NCBI GenBank assembly: GCA_038523235.1
Contig: JBCBJQ010000020.1
Coordinates: 15,068-79,067, forward strand
Direction: 5' to 3'
From: Cyanobacteria bacterium J06626_4
GTDB lineage: Bacteria > Cyanobacteriota > Cyanobacteriia > Phormidesmidales > Phormidesmidaceae
DNA length: 64,000 nt
Part shown: piece after piece, positions 20,734-31,805 of the stretch
Layout: every line of letters starts with the position of its first letter
Position numbering within the stretch: position 1 is the stretch's first letter
The notes under the pieces: generated by a model
What the model was told of the DNA's origin: nothing
The model's database searches: none
What the model saw: only the letters and a program-made list of their open reading frames with translations
Made by a program: the position numbers and the translations under genes

Positions 20734-22140
20734 CTAGCTAGCAGGTGCGAGGGAAGCTGGCAAGCAATCATGACGCATCAAATCCTGTAACGTTTCCCGC
20801 TGGATGATGAGATGAGCGTCTCCAGCATTGACCAAAATCGCTGCCGGTCGGGGTACCCGATTGTAGTTAGACGCCATGCTGTAGTTATAGGCACCGGTAC
20901 CTGCCACAACGATAACGTCATTCGCTGTCAGCGCGGGCAAATCGGCTTCTTGAATCACCACATCACCCGACTCGCAGTGCTTGCCCGCGAGCGTGGTTTT
21001 TTCGGTCAGTGGGGCCGACATCCGATTGGCGACCAAAGCCCGATAGACCGACTGATAGGTGATCGGTCGCGGATTGTCGGACATGCCACCATCCACCGCC
21101 ACGTAGGTGCGAATGCCGGGCACTGTTTTTTGGCTGCCGACGGTGTATGCCGTCACGCAGGCCGAGCCAATCAGCGATCGCCCCGGTTCGGCAATTAGAC
21201 GCGGCAGCGGTACGCCCTGCAGCTCGCAGGCCTCGGCAACCGCTTCCGCTACTGTTTTGACCCAGTTCTCAATACTGGGGGGATCATCCGCTTCGGTATA
21301 GCAAATGCCCAAACCGCCGCCAATATCCAGTTCGGTCACGGGTAAACCGTACTCTGCCGCTTTTTGGAACCAACGCACCATAACCCCGGCCAAATCAGCG
21401 TGGGGTTGGAGTTCAAAAATCTGCGAACCAATATGGGCCTGTAAGCCGATGCAGCGCAGCTGGGGCTGTCTCGCCACGTACTGAAACACGGCTTCGATCT
21501 GATCTGGGTCAAAGCCAAACTTACTATCGAGATGCCCAGTGCGAATATATTCGTGGGTATGACACTCAATGCCGGGGGTCAGACGCAGCAAAATTGAGAC
21601 TGCACTTTCAGTCCCTGCCAGCAGCTGACTCAGTGATTTCAGCTCAAACCAGTTATCCACCACAATGCGGCAGCCACTGTCAATGCCCTGCTGCAGCTCA
21701 TCAAGCGACTTATTATTGCCGTGAAAGTAGAGATGTTCAGCCGGCACTCCCGCGTTGACCGCCGTCAGCAGTTCCCCAGCGGAAACGACGTCAATGCCTA
21801 AGCCCTCGCTATGCACCACGGCGCAGACGGCCAAACAGTTCCAGGCCTTAGAGGCATAAATCACCAACGCCTCCCCCGGATAGTGGCGCGCCATTGCCTC
21901 GCGATATTGCTGACAGGCGGCCCGCAGCGTCGCCTCATCCAAAATATAGAGTGGTGAACCAAATCGTTCGACCAACTCGGGGACGTCACAGCCCCCCACC
22001 ACCAAATGATCAGCATCAGAAACCTGGGCCGATAGCGGCAGCAAGTTTTGATTGGGCGAGGAACTACGGGCCTGAAGCGTCGCCGCATGGGCCGTCAAAT
22101 AGCTCAGGCTAGTCTTAGCGGAATCGACAGTGGAAACCAT
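20734..22140 (-). CDS. lysA: Diaminopimelate decarboxylase
   Basis: YASKA, HGNNKS, HIGSQI, EPGRSL, CESGD and GAY.YSMASNYN. Confidence 0.96.
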   Translation of the reverse strand: MVSTVDSAKTSLSYLTAHAATLQARSSSPNQNLLPLSAQVSDADHLVVGGCDVPELVERFGSPLYILDEATLRAACQQYREAMARHYPGEALVIYASKAWNCLAVCAVVHSEGLGIDVVSAGELLTAVNAGVPAEHLYFHGNNKSLDELQQGIDSGCRIVVDNWFELKSLSQLLAGTESAVSILLRLTPGIECHTHEYIRTGHLDSKFGFDPDQIEAVFQYVARQPQLRCIGLQAHIGSQIFELQPHADLAGVMVRWFQKAAEYGLPVTELDIGGGLGICYTEADDPPSIENWVKTVAEAVAEACELQGVPLPRLIAEPGRSLIGSACVTAYTVGSQKTVPGIRTYVAVDGGMSDNPRPITYQSVYRALVANRMSAPLTEKTTLAGKHCESGDVVIQEADLPALTANDVIVVAGTGAYNYSMASNYNRVPRPAAILVNAGDAHLIIQRETLQDLMRHDCLPASLAPAS

Positions 22141-22266
22141 AAACGTTGCTGCTGTATTTACAAGGATGGACGGGGCAGAAAGGTGCGCCTCAACCGAGGT
22201 CTGAGAGTATCAGTGTACAATCGAGACCCCTGCCACTGCCGACTGCAGCGGCTCAATTCTTCAACG

Positions 22267-22818
22267 ATGCGCATTCTTTGCCGCCCTGTGGTCTCTCAAG
22301 ATTTACCAACTGTGGTCACTTTAGACCATCGATGTTTTGGTGGGTTATGGAGTGAAGCAGCCTATATGCGAGAAATGGGGAGCCCCAATAGTGATTTGTG
22401 GGTCCTGGAGGTCATAGCCACCCCGCGATTGCCCAGTCGCCTCAGCGGCATCGGTTGCGTTTGGGCCATCCTCGAAGAAGCCCACCTCACCCTCTTGGGT
22501 ATCGAGCCAGCTCAGCAGGGCCAGGGGCTCGGACAATGGCTGTTGATTGAGTTACTGCGAGCCGCGATCTCGCGCGGGCTCACCCGCGCCACGCTAGAGG
22601 TGCGTCCCACTAACCAGCGAGCACTGACGCTTTACAAAAAGTACGGGTTCAGCGTCGCGGGCGAGCGGCGGCATTATTACCCCGATGGCGAGAGTGCTTT
22701 AATTCTCTGGAAACAGAATTTGCAAGCTCCCAGCTTTGTGGCGACCTTGCAGCACCAACAAGTTCGCTTGTGCCAACGGTATCAGCTGACGAGCAGCCCT
22801 CTATCTAGACCGCGCTAG
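22267..22818 (+). CDS. rimI: Ribosomal-protein-alanine N-acetyltransferase (GNAT)
   Basis: EEAHLTLL, QGQGLG, TLEVR..N..A..LY.KYGF and R.HYY.DGE.A. Confidence 0.88.
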   Translation: MRILCRPVVSQDLPTVVTLDHRCFGGLWSEAAYMREMGSPNSDLWVLEVIATPRLPSRLSGIGCVWAILEEAHLTLLGIEPAQQGQGLGQWLLIELLRAAISRGLTRATLEVRPTNQRALTLYKKYGFSVAGERRHYYPDGESALILWKQNLQAPSFVATLQHQQVRLCQRYQLTSSPLSRPR

Positions 22819-23028
22819 CGCGGTGACGGGAGCCGCAGGTAGCCCACCGCAAAAATTAAGAGAAGGCAATGAAAGTTTAAGAGACCGAGCATAACCGGAT
22901 GCGACTAGGTTCTAGAAAAAGTCGATAACGGGCGGTTTTCACCACTGTGTAAGGTGCCACAGTTCGCCAATACCCCTGTGCTAGAATCACCGTAACCAGC
23001 GCCCAGCAGGTATTTTGGATTTCAAATA

Positions 23029-25500
23029 ATGTTTGAACGCTTCACAGAAAAAGCCATTAAAGTCATTATGCTCGCCCAAGAGGAGGCCCGCCGCTTGGGC
23101 CACAATTTTGTGGGAACGGAGCAAATTCTCCTTGGTCTTATAGGAGAAGGCACGGGGGTCGCCGCCAAAGTGCTCAAGTCAATGGGCGTCAATCTCAAAG
23201 ATGCGCGTATTGAAGTTGAGAAAATCATTGGTCGCGGCTCTGGTTTTGTTGCCGTTGAGATTCCCTTCACGCCACGCGCTAAGCGGGTGCTTGAGCTTTC
23301 CCTCGAGGAAGCTCGCCAATTGGGACACAACTACATCGGCACCGAACATTTGTTGTTAGGGCTGATTCGCGAAGGTGAGGGCGTCGCTGCCCGCGTTCTA
23401 GAAAATCTTGGTGTCGACCTTTCTAAGGTGCGGACGCAGGTGATTCGGATGCTTGGTGAGACTGCAGAAGTTTCCTCGGGTGGGGGTCAAGGCCGCACCA
23501 AAACCCCCACGCTTGATGAGTTTGGCTCCAACCTGACTCAGATGGCTGGGGAGGGCAAGCTAGATCCAGTGGTGGGCCGTCAAAAAGAAATTGAACGCGT
23601 GATTCAGATTTTGGGTCGGCGGACTAAAAACAACCCAGTGCTCATTGGTGAGCCTGGCGTGGGCAAGACCGCAATCGCTGAAGGGCTTGCTCAGCGCATC
23701 ATGAACGGCGATATTCCCGATATTCTCGAAGAGAAGCGGGTGGTCACATTAGATATTGGCTTGCTGGTCGCCGGCACCAAGTATCGTGGTGAGTTTGAAG
23801 AGCGCCTGAAAAAAATCATGGACGAAATCCGCTCGGCGGGCAACGTCATTTTGGTGATTGATGAGGTGCATACCCTGATTGGGGCCGGGGCTGCTGAGGG
23901 CGCGATCGACGCCGCCAACATTCTCAAACCGGCCTTGGCTCGTGGGGAACTGCAGTGCATCGGGGCCACCACCCTAGATGAGTACCGCAAGCATATTGAA
24001 CGGGACGCGGCGCTTGAGCGACGGTTCCAGCCGGTGATGGTGGGTGAACCGAGCATCGAAGAAACTATCGAAATTCTGCATGGCTTGCGCGATCGCTATG
24101 AACAGCATCATAAGCTGAAGATTACCGACGACGCCTTGGATGCGGCCGCCAAACTGGCGGATCGGTACATTTCTGATCGATTCCTACCCGACAAAGCGAT
24201 CGACCTGATTGATGAGGCTGGTTCACGGGTGCGGTTGATCAACTCGCAACTGCCACCGGCAGCTAAAGAGCTGGATAAAGAGCTGCGTCAAGTCCTTAAA
24301 GATAAGGACAATGCGGTGCGCTCTCAGGACTTTGATACGGCTGGCGAGCTGCGCGATCGCGAGATGGAAATCAAAGCCGAAATTCGCAGCATCGCCCAAA
24401 ACAAGAAAGCCGAGGACGAAAGCGGTGAAGACAACATGCCTTCCGTCACCGAGGAAGACATTGCCCAAATCGTGGCCTCTTGGACCGGCGTACCGGTCAG
24501 CAAGCTCACCGAGTCCGAGTCCGAAAAGCTGTTGCATATGGAAGACACCCTCCATCAGCGGCTCATTGGCCAAGACGAGGCGGTGAAAGCCATTTCCCGT
24601 GCTATTCGACGGGCGCGCGTCGGGCTTAAGAACCCCAATCGCCCCATTGCTAGCTTTATCTTCTCGGGCCCGACTGGCGTGGGTAAAACCGAACTTACGA
24701 AATCGTTGGCAGCTTACTTCTTCGGCTCTGAAGAGGCGATGATTCGCCTCGACATGTCGGAATTTATGGAGCGCCATACGGTCTCCAAGCTCATCGGTTC
24801 GCCGCCTGGATATGTCGGCTACAGCGAAGGTGGCCAGCTCACTGAAGCAGTACGGCGACGGCCTTACACGGTGGTGCTGTTCGATGAAATCGAGAAAGCG
24901 CACCCCGACGTCTTCAATATGCTGCTGCAAATTCTGGAAGATGGTCGCCTGACCGATGCGAAAGGTCGGACGGTTGACTTCAAGAACACGCTGCTGATCA
25001 TGACCTCCAACATTGGTTCTAAAGTCATTGAGAAAGGCGGCGGCGGTCTCGGCTTCGACTTTGAAGACGATCAAGCAGAGTCGCAATACAACCGTATTCG
25101 ATCTTTGGTCAACGAAGAGCTGAAGCAGTACTTCCGCCCTGAGTTCTTGAACCGGTTAGATGAAATCATTGTCTTCCGTCAGCTCACCAAGGACGAGGTC
25201 AAAGAGATTGCCGATATCTTGCTGAAGGAAGTCTTTGGACGTCTCTCAGAGCAGGGCATTGAGCTGGAAGTGACAGCTCGCTTTAAAGACCGCTTGGTCG
25301 AAGAAGGCTACAACCCCAGCTATGGCGCTCGACCCCTGCGTCGAGCCATCATGCGCTTGTTAGAGGACACGCTAGCTGAGGAGATTTTGTCCGGTCGCCT
25401 TGGAGAAGGTGACACGGCATCGGTGGATGTTGATGACACTGGCAAAGTCGTTATTCAACCCGGTGAGCGGCGCGAACTGCTGACTCAAGCGGCTGACTAA
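23029..25500 (+). CDS. clpC: ATP-dependent Clp protease ATP-binding subunit ClpC
   Basis: [25 protein letters not shown] and two Walker A motifs ([16 protein letters not shown]). Confidence 0.98.
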   Translation: MFERFTEKAIKVIMLAQEEARRLGHNFVGTEQILLGLIGEGTGVAAKVLKSMGVNLKDARIEVEKIIGRGSGFVAVEIPFTPRAKRVLELSLEEARQLGHNYIGTEHLLLGLIREGEGVAARVLENLGVDLSKVRTQVIRMLGETAEVSSGGGQGRTKTPTLDEFGSNLTQMAGEGKLDPVVGRQKEIERVIQILGRRTKNNPVLIGEPGVGKTAIAEGLAQRIMNGDIPDILEEKRVVTLDIGLLVAGTKYRGEFEERLKKIMDEIRSAGNVILVIDEVHTLIGAGAAEGAIDAANILKPALARGELQCIGATTLDEYRKHIERDAALERRFQPVMVGEPSIEETIEILHGLRDRYEQHHKLKITDDALDAAAKLADRYISDRFLPDKAIDLIDEAGSRVRLINSQLPPAAKELDKELRQVLKDKDNAVRSQDFDTAGELRDREMEIKAEIRSIAQNKKAEDESGEDNMPSVTEEDIAQIVASWTGVPVSKLTESESEKLLHMEDTLHQRLIGQDEAVKAISRAIRRARVGLKNPNRPIASFIFSGPTGVGKTELTKSLAAYFFGSEEAMIRLDMSEFMERHTVSKLIGSPPGYVGYSEGGQLTEAVRRRPYTVVLFDEIEKAHPDVFNMLLQILEDGRLTDAKGRTVDFKNTLLIMTSNIGSKVIEKGGGGLGFDFEDDQAESQYNRIRSLVNEELKQYFRPEFLNRLDEIIVFRQLTKDEVKEIADILLKEVFGRLSEQGIELEVTARFKDRLVEEGYNPSYGARPLRRAIMRLLEDTLAEEILSGRLGEGDTASVDVDDTGKVVIQPGERRELLTQAAD

Positions 25501-25542
25501 CAGCCGGAATGAACGTAGGCATCGTCTATCGTTCCTAATATC

Positions 25543-25583
25543 AGTAAGGGCGGCTCTCTTTTGGGAGCCGCTCTTACTTTTTT
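25543..25583 (+). terminator. Rho-independent terminator after clpC
   Basis: AGTAAGGGCGGCTCTC-loop-GGGAGCCGCTCTTACT followed by a T run. Confidence 0.8.
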
Positions 25584-25726
25584 GTAAACATTGTTAAAGG
25601 CGATTCTCAGATAGCTTGCTAGACGCTGAGTTGCCCTGAATAATAAGTGACATAGGTTTGCGGGATGATAGGTTCCTTAAGCCTCAGCTTGATAATTCGC
25701 AATCATCGGCAGTTTGGAGAATTCAT

Positions 25727-26149
25727 ATGGGCCTGATAAAAACGATATTTGGTGGCATCTTTGGCCTGATCGGTGGCATCTTTGGCGGCATTGCTGGCAT
25801 CTTTGGCATTGGCAAAAAAGGTGAATATTTTATGGAGCTAGACGAAGCTAGTGCCCCTGCAACAGCTCCAGCACAACCCGCTGCAGAACCTGTTCCCGCC
25901 CCAACTGCGGTAGTAGCCTCGACAGCCTCTCAGGAGCCTGCGCCGAAAACCGTTGCGAAGCCAGCGGCTGAACCTGTCAAACCGACAGCAGTTACTCAGC
26001 CCCAAGCACCGCTGGTCACTAACTTTGCTACTGACTATTTGGTCAATCCGAGAATCAATCGGTCGCCGCGTCGCCGCCCTGGCCCTAGCATGTCGCCATT
26101 CAAAGATATGGTTCGCGATATGAGTCGTAAGTCGCCCTCTATGGGCTGA
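25727..26149 (+). CDS. Hypothetical protein with an amphipathic GGIF-repeat N-terminus and Pro/Ala-rich linker
   Basis: ATG at 25727 after GGAGA; C-terminal RRRPGPSM..F..M. Confidence 0.7.
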   Translation: MGLIKTIFGGIFGLIGGIFGGIAGIFGIGKKGEYFMELDEASAPATAPAQPAAEPVPAPTAVVASTASQEPAPKTVAKPAAEPVKPTAVTQPQAPLVTNFATDYLVNPRINRSPRRRPGPSMSPFKDMVRDMSRKSPSMG

Positions 26150-26180
26150 TCGTTCAGCGTTATCACTGCATAATTCATGA

Positions 26181-26227
26181 ACAAACGGGCAAGTCTTGAG
26201 GTTATCGAGGCTTGCCCGTTTGTGTTT
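26181..26227 (+). terminator. Hairpin terminator
   Basis: ACAAACGGGCAAG...CTTGCCCGTTTGT then GTTT. Confidence 0.7.
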
Positions 26228-26629
26228 GATCAGACTCGACGGCGCTGTGTGCCGGCATCTATTTTGCTCGTTTACCGGGCTGCTTCTTTGAGTAGAGGGA
26301 GGGCTTTCATGACGCTAGCAAAACGATTCTGCTTCCAACCACATTCTTTGATTTTGCGCCGCCAGCAGGTCGCGTTCCCGTCAAACAAGATGCTCCAAAA
26401 TTGGGATGCAAATACTGGACTTGAAAACGTTTCACAATTTGATTCAGCATCTGGTTGAACTATCTGACGATCGCCCGGCAGAAGCGCTCGCGCAACCTGG
26501 CATCGCCGCATCTATCCGGTTATCTATCAAGGACATTTCTTGAAAAATTTAAGCTCCGGCCACTTGATTTAAGCGTTATCCTGTTGATCTTGAGATAATT
26601 GTTCTTTTGATACCAATTTGGGTTGATCT

Positions 26630-27202
26630 ATGCGGAGGAAACGGCGATCTCGATGGCATTGGCGCATCGGACTAATGCTGTTGTTGGTGCCTTTATCTTG
26701 GTTGGGACAAAGCCAAGTAAAAGCCAAGCTGAGAGAACCCCAAGCAATTCTTGTGCTAGGCGGCGCGCCAGAACGGGAGCACTTTGCCGCAGAGTTTGCC
26801 AGTGCGCATCCTGACTTAGAGGTATGGGTTTCTTCCGGCACCAACCCTGAGTACGCGCAATGGCTGTTTCAAGAGGCGGATGTGGCCTCTGATCGGGTTC
26901 GTCTCGACTATCGTGCTGTAGATACCGTCACTAACTTCACCACCATTGTTGAAGATCTGAAGCAATCAGGTGTTGAAAGTGTCTATCTAGTCACCTCTGA
27001 CTATCACATGCGACGAGCGGCCATCATCGCCCAGGTCGTATTAGGCCGCCATGATATTACCTTTCAACCGTTGCCTGTGCCCTCTGATGATAACGCCTCA
27101 GAACCGCTGGTGCGCGGACTGCGAGACGGCGCGAGGGCGATGCTATGGGTCTTTACCGGGCAAACGGGCTCAGTCCTCGGGCAAAAACTGAGTAAGTCTT
27201 GA
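26630..27202 (+). CDS. YdcF/DUF218 family protein
   Basis: AILVLGG, DTVTNF and LVTSDYHMRRA. Confidence 0.85.
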   Translation: MRRKRRSRWHWRIGLMLLLVPLSWLGQSQVKAKLREPQAILVLGGAPEREHFAAEFASAHPDLEVWVSSGTNPEYAQWLFQEADVASDRVRLDYRAVDTVTNFTTIVEDLKQSGVESVYLVTSDYHMRRAAIIAQVVLGRHDITFQPLPVPSDDNASEPLVRGLRDGARAMLWVFTGQTGSVLGQKLSKS

Positions 27203-27329
27203 GGCTGCCCTAGCGTAATTGCCGAACAATCATGATTCACTTCGCCGGTTTTTCCTCCCCCTTGACAGGGAAAGCTACAATTAGTTCGCATTTCAGCGTT
27301 GCTGTTGCTGTCTAGCCTGATATTCTCCT

Positions 27330-28007
27330 ATGCCATCCACTATTCATTCTCCGTATACGCCTGAGCAAATCAGGGTTTGGTTTCGAGGTTTACTCACTAT
27401 TGCTTGGGCTGATGGACACTTCGATGAAGAAGAAAAAAGCCTGATTACGGCGATGACGCAAGAGGAATTGGCCCCTAACATTGGGTTCTTTGATGCGCTA
27501 GAGCCGATCTCGCCGACGGAACTGGCAGAAACTTTAGGGCAACAAACCGAAGCCGCTGAGAACTTCTTGCGGACGGCAGTCATGGTCGCGCTGGCTGATG
27601 GTGTTTATTCCACTGAAGAAGATCACCTGCTTCATAGTTTTTGTACTGCGGTGGGTTTAGAAGCTCAGCTCTTGGATTCCGTGCGATCGACGTTGTACAA
27701 CGCTCAGGATTCAGCTACGGGCGAACTTAATCGGGGCGATGAGCCCGGGCTAGAACCTTTGAAACCCGCTAAAGAGTGGCTGGACCAGTTGCAGGTCAAC
27801 GATCCCCGACTCGCCCGGTTTATCTGTAAGCTGGTGCCATCGCAGTGTCCTTTTGAACGTGATGTGAAGCTGTTCAAGCGTAAGATTGTCCACATTCCAC
27901 CTATGTGCAAGTTGAATCCACTTTACGAACAGCTGGTGGGGCTGCGGTTTCGAGCCTTGTCTTATCTTGCTGACGATTGCGGTGAAGATGTGACGCCTTA
28001 TGTTTGA
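27330..28007 (+). CDS. TerB-like + 'Mo-dependent nitrogenase C-terminal' domain protein
   Basis: IAWADG/VALADG TerB motifs; CPFERD, IPPMCKLNPLY and LRFRAL.YL. Confidence 0.85.
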   Translation: MPSTIHSPYTPEQIRVWFRGLLTIAWADGHFDEEEKSLITAMTQEELAPNIGFFDALEPISPTELAETLGQQTEAAENFLRTAVMVALADGVYSTEEDHLLHSFCTAVGLEAQLLDSVRSTLYNAQDSATGELNRGDEPGLEPLKPAKEWLDQLQVNDPRLARFICKLVPSQCPFERDVKLFKRKIVHIPPMCKLNPLYEQLVGLRFRALSYLADDCGEDVTPYV

Positions 28008-28336
28008 GGCTTCATGGGTGGGCTCGATAGATTGTTGCCATCTATGACTGTCGCTTCCTTTAAGCATGAAGCGTCCCCCTGTCTATAAATTCTGGAGGGG
28101 TTAATTGCAGCGATCACCAGGCTACTGTGGATCAGCCTGCTATGGCACCGCATAGCAATGCTCGTGCCAAATGAACCAGGCTTAGGCGATCCTAGCGGCG
28201 GCTGAATTCCTTGCTGAACTGCCTGGTGGCGCTAAAGGTGACGCTGAGTTCTTGGGCAAGGGTCAGCAACTATGGGTGGGCGATCGCAGTCTGCTTCGTC
28301 AGCATCAACGGACTACGGGCACGCAACACAGACACG

Positions 28337-28365
28337 AAAAAGCCGGGGTCATGCCCCGGCTTTTT
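28337..28365. terminator. Bidirectional terminator downstream of sbtB
   Basis: AAAAAGCCGGGG-TCATG-CCCCGGCTTTTT. Confidence 0.8.
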
Positions 28366-28384
28366 GGATTTGCATCGTCTCGAC

Positions 28385-28762
<378 letters not shown>

Positions 28763-28855
28763 TTAGGGAACGGCAACACCGAGCAATCGTGCACGGGGCT
28801 AGCTGCCGCGTTGGTGCCGGTTCATGAGAGTCCCGGCAGACCATAAGTCTTAGGA

Positions 28856-30031
28856 TTAGCCCCCTCCCATCGTTGCCTGAGCAAGCTGAATAAAGAGCGG
28901 GATGCATACAGCCAGAGCGATCGGGGTGCCGACAGCTGTGGACGAGCCGATGTAGGCGGAGGGATTGGCCTTGGGAATACCGGCGCGCAACGTTGGTGGC
29001 CCGGAGATGTCGGAACTGGAAGCAGCGATGACAGACAAAAGAACGACGCCGCCAGGGCTGAAATCAGTGATGATGTGGGCAACATAACCAAGACCGAAGC
29101 CAATGAACCCATGCAGTATCGGTGCTATCACAGCATAGAGGGCATACCACTGACCCACTTTGCGCAATTCGCCCAGCCTGGACCAAGCTTCCATACCCAT
29201 GACCAGCATCAGAACCGAGAGCAGACCACGGAATGGAGGATCGTAGAAGCCCTCATAGACCCGCGTAGGATCAGTCAGAATACCGAGCGCGAGACCAAGC
29301 AGCAGAGCCGAGAGGGCAGATCCCTGGAGGCTTTCCTTAATGATGGGCCAGATCTTAACCCGATTGCTGGGGGCACCCCCTAACGGACTGGAAGACCCGC
29401 CACCGGTTCCGCCCGATTCGCCAGGATATCCATCTGCCGCACCGCGCGGGTCAACGTTGGAGTATCCACCAGCGGCAACGGGCTGCATGCCGCTATATTC
29501 TTCCTTCCTAAGATATTCTTCGTTTTTGAGATACTTTTCGCGCTTCTCTTTGCCGGCATAAAGGCTCGCTAAGACGATTGCGGTCACCAGCGCTGGGATA
29601 TCCATAAAGGGATAGAGGGCGGCGGACCAAGCCTCGAACTCAATCCCTTCTACATCCAGCAGCGTGATGCCAGCGGCGAGAGTCGAGCCGCTCACAGCAC
29701 CAAACAAGCCGCCGGTCGCAATGGCATCGAAGGTTTTGACACCGGGCATCTGGGCCAATGTAAAACGCGCGATGAATACGACCGAGATGCCAATGATCAT
29801 GGCGAATAGGGCGGGCAACAGCATCTCCGCCAGATTGGCATTGCGGATAGCAACGCCGCCGCTCAGACCAACTTTGATGAGCAGCATGAAGACGATGAAC
29901 TTATAGACCGCATCGGGAATAGTCAGTTTGCTACCGAGAGCAGCAACAATCATGCCTCCTAGCAGAAAGCCCAGCGTCGGGGACTGCAACTTCCCCACAA
30001 AGAGCGTCAGAAATTCGGACAAGAAATCCAC
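28856..30031 (-). CDS. sbtA: Sodium-dependent bicarbonate transporter SbtA
   Basis: GTG start after AAGGAGGT; LQSPTLGFL, GAVSGST, YPFMDIPAL and SSSDISGPP. Confidence 0.95.
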   Translation of the reverse strand: MDFLSEFLTLFVGKLQSPTLGFLLGGMIVAALGSKLTIPDAVYKFIVFMLLIKVGLSGGVAIRNANLAEMLLPALFAMIIGISVVFIARFTLAQMPGVKTFDAIATGGLFGAVSGSTLAAGITLLDVEGIEFEAWSAALYPFMDIPALVTAIVLASLYAGKEKREKYLKNEEYLRKEEYSGMQPVAAGGYSNVDPRGAADGYPGESGGTGGGSSSPLGGAPSNRVKIWPIIKESLQGSALSALLLGLALGILTDPTRVYEGFYDPPFRGLLSVLMLVMGMEAWSRLGELRKVGQWYALYAVIAPILHGFIGFGLGYVAHIITDFSPGGVVLLSVIAASSSDISGPPTLRAGIPKANPSAYIGSSTAVGTPIALAVCIPLFIQLAQATMGGG

Positions 30032-30226
30032 AGTTACCTCCTTTCGCCTCCCCATTGGCTGAGGAGTGATAGTTTCAACAAGTTAAAGGCTGGATGTCGA
30101 AGAAAATAGGGGTGAAGCGCTTCACCCCTACAGCACAGGTGTTGCGCGAAAACCTGTCGACAGGGTGTCCAGAGATGGCCGTTCTCTGAACGAGGGAGAA
30201 GGCGAGCGCAATGCGTCTCAGCCTTC

Positions 30227-30274
30227 ATAGATTAAAGTCAATGAAGAATTAATTCCTCATGTGTTTAAATCTAT
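30227..30274. promoter_or_regulatory. Putative CcmR/NdhR (LysR) operator pair upstream of sbtA
   Basis: ATAG-N8-CAAT (30227-30242) and ATGT-N8-CTAT (30259-30274) are imperfect matches to ATAG-N8-CTAT. Confidence 0.4.
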
Positions 30275-30486
30275 CATCAAACTCATGGATTCAAACGCTG
30301 AGCAGGCGAATCTGGAATGAAATCTTAAATTTCACTCATAAGTTTTGCTTTTGTTTCGAGGCACAAGCATTCCTCTGTTTAATGAAAACAGAACGATAGA
30401 GGTCTGCTGCAATTGCTCAACAACTGCTCAACTATCTATAGCGCCGGCCACTTTTTAGAGAACACCTGGGAGCTCTGTGATCCTCA

Positions 30487-31039
30487 GTGCAGCAGTCCAC
30501 TCTGCTAGAACTGCTCACGCCTTTGCTTTTTCAAATTCAATGGTTGGCATCGCCAGTTGGGATGTTCTTGCTGTTGCCAAGACGATTGCTCATTCTGGCG
30601 TTCTGTCGCAACATCATCACCGATTGCGGTTCGCTGGCCCTGTTTAACCATGAGATGACTGATTTGTTGCCGTTATCGACCCTCGTCAACCTGGCGACTC
30701 TGTCTCTCTTCGGTAACCAAGTTGCAGATCTGCAGCCGCTGGCCAAGTGAATACAGTTGCATCGCCGAGATCTCTGGAGTAATTGGAGCAGCAACTTGGC
30801 CCCTGGCAGCACTCATTGAGTTGCGATCGCTGTCCTGGGGTAGTCATCTACTCGCAGAGCTCCCCATGCTGGCCGCTTTAACTGAACTAAAAGAGCTGCG
30901 GGTGTTTAAGGTCTCATCCCTGCTGCACATACACCAATCAACCTGGCTTGACCTGTATCCTGCACAACCCAGCAGTCGCTCAAGTGACCGTGTTGACTTC
31001 GCTAAACCGATTGATGTAGCTAAATTTACGCGCAGCTAA
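30487..31039 (+). pseudogene. Degenerate internalin-like leucine-rich-repeat gene
   Basis: LRR units (DLLPLSTLVNLATLSLFGNQVADLQPLA; PLAALIELRSLSWGSH; LAALTELKELRV) are split over two frames with an intervening stop. Confidence 0.6.
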
Positions 31040-31169
31040 CCGACGCGATGCTCTCAAGGAGAGGCACCGCCAACGCACCGGTTAGATCGCCGGCAAGGGT
31101 CTGCCTGTTCGCATCGAAGGGCTTCCCATAGCTGCCAGCCATTAGAACTAGCCGGATTTTGTGAGGCGA

Positions 31170-31412
31170 TTAGTCAATTTGGATCTGAGGGATTTCGGTC
31201 GGCGGCACGGGCTCTATCGGCTCACTGTAGCGGGCGATGTTAAACCAGATAATCGCTAGCAAAATACCCACGCCACAGCCCAGCAAAAAGATCCAGCCGT
31301 GAGACGGTTCGAGCACACAGAGTAGCCGACGATTCTGACCATACACCTGCACGAGCCAGCCTTCATCAGCCTCGGAGATGGACTGAGATTTCTTTGACTC
31401 AAATTTATTCAT
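31170..31412 (-). CDS. Small single-TM hypothetical protein
   Basis: YG.NRRLLCVLEPSHGW followed by a TM helix. Probable ATG at 31412. Confidence 0.55.
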   Translation of the reverse strand: MNKFESKKSQSISEADEGWLVQVYGQNRRLLCVLEPSHGWIFLLGCGVGILLAIIWFNIARYSEPIEPVPPTEIPQIQID

Positions 31413-31805
31413 GGTTTTCGCTTCATGGGTAGCAATGGTTGTCTTTTGCTGGGCTGACCGCTGGGAGTCAGCGACGGAAACACCTATTCGTTCACCTGTG
31501 AACAGAAAAAGCACAGCTTTATTGTCGTGACAGCCGTGGCGATTCCATTGATTCCTAGACTAGACTCTATGTCTCTTCGAGGAACCATATCTTTTAGTTT
31601 ATGCTGCGATTTCAGTAATCAACCACCCACTGCAGCCAAAGATATCCACAGATTTTTAGAATGGCGACATAGTTTTTACTTATGAATAGCAGCTAAAGAC
31701 GGGCTGTTCTACTATCTGTGAGGCGGGCATTGCCCCGTTCTGGGCCTGTGGAGGACTTCCCTGTGCCTTCTGAAACCACTACAGCTGACGTTGAAGGAAT
31801 CCTCT

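Noticed and set aside
24223..25086. 287-aa antisense ORF
   Set aside because: Shadow ORF opposite the highly conserved clpC, with no recognisable motifs.
27330..28007. 'Mo-dependent nitrogenase' domain as evidence of nif genes
   Set aside because: The family name is misleading; the domain is common in non-diazotrophs and no nif genes are in the window.
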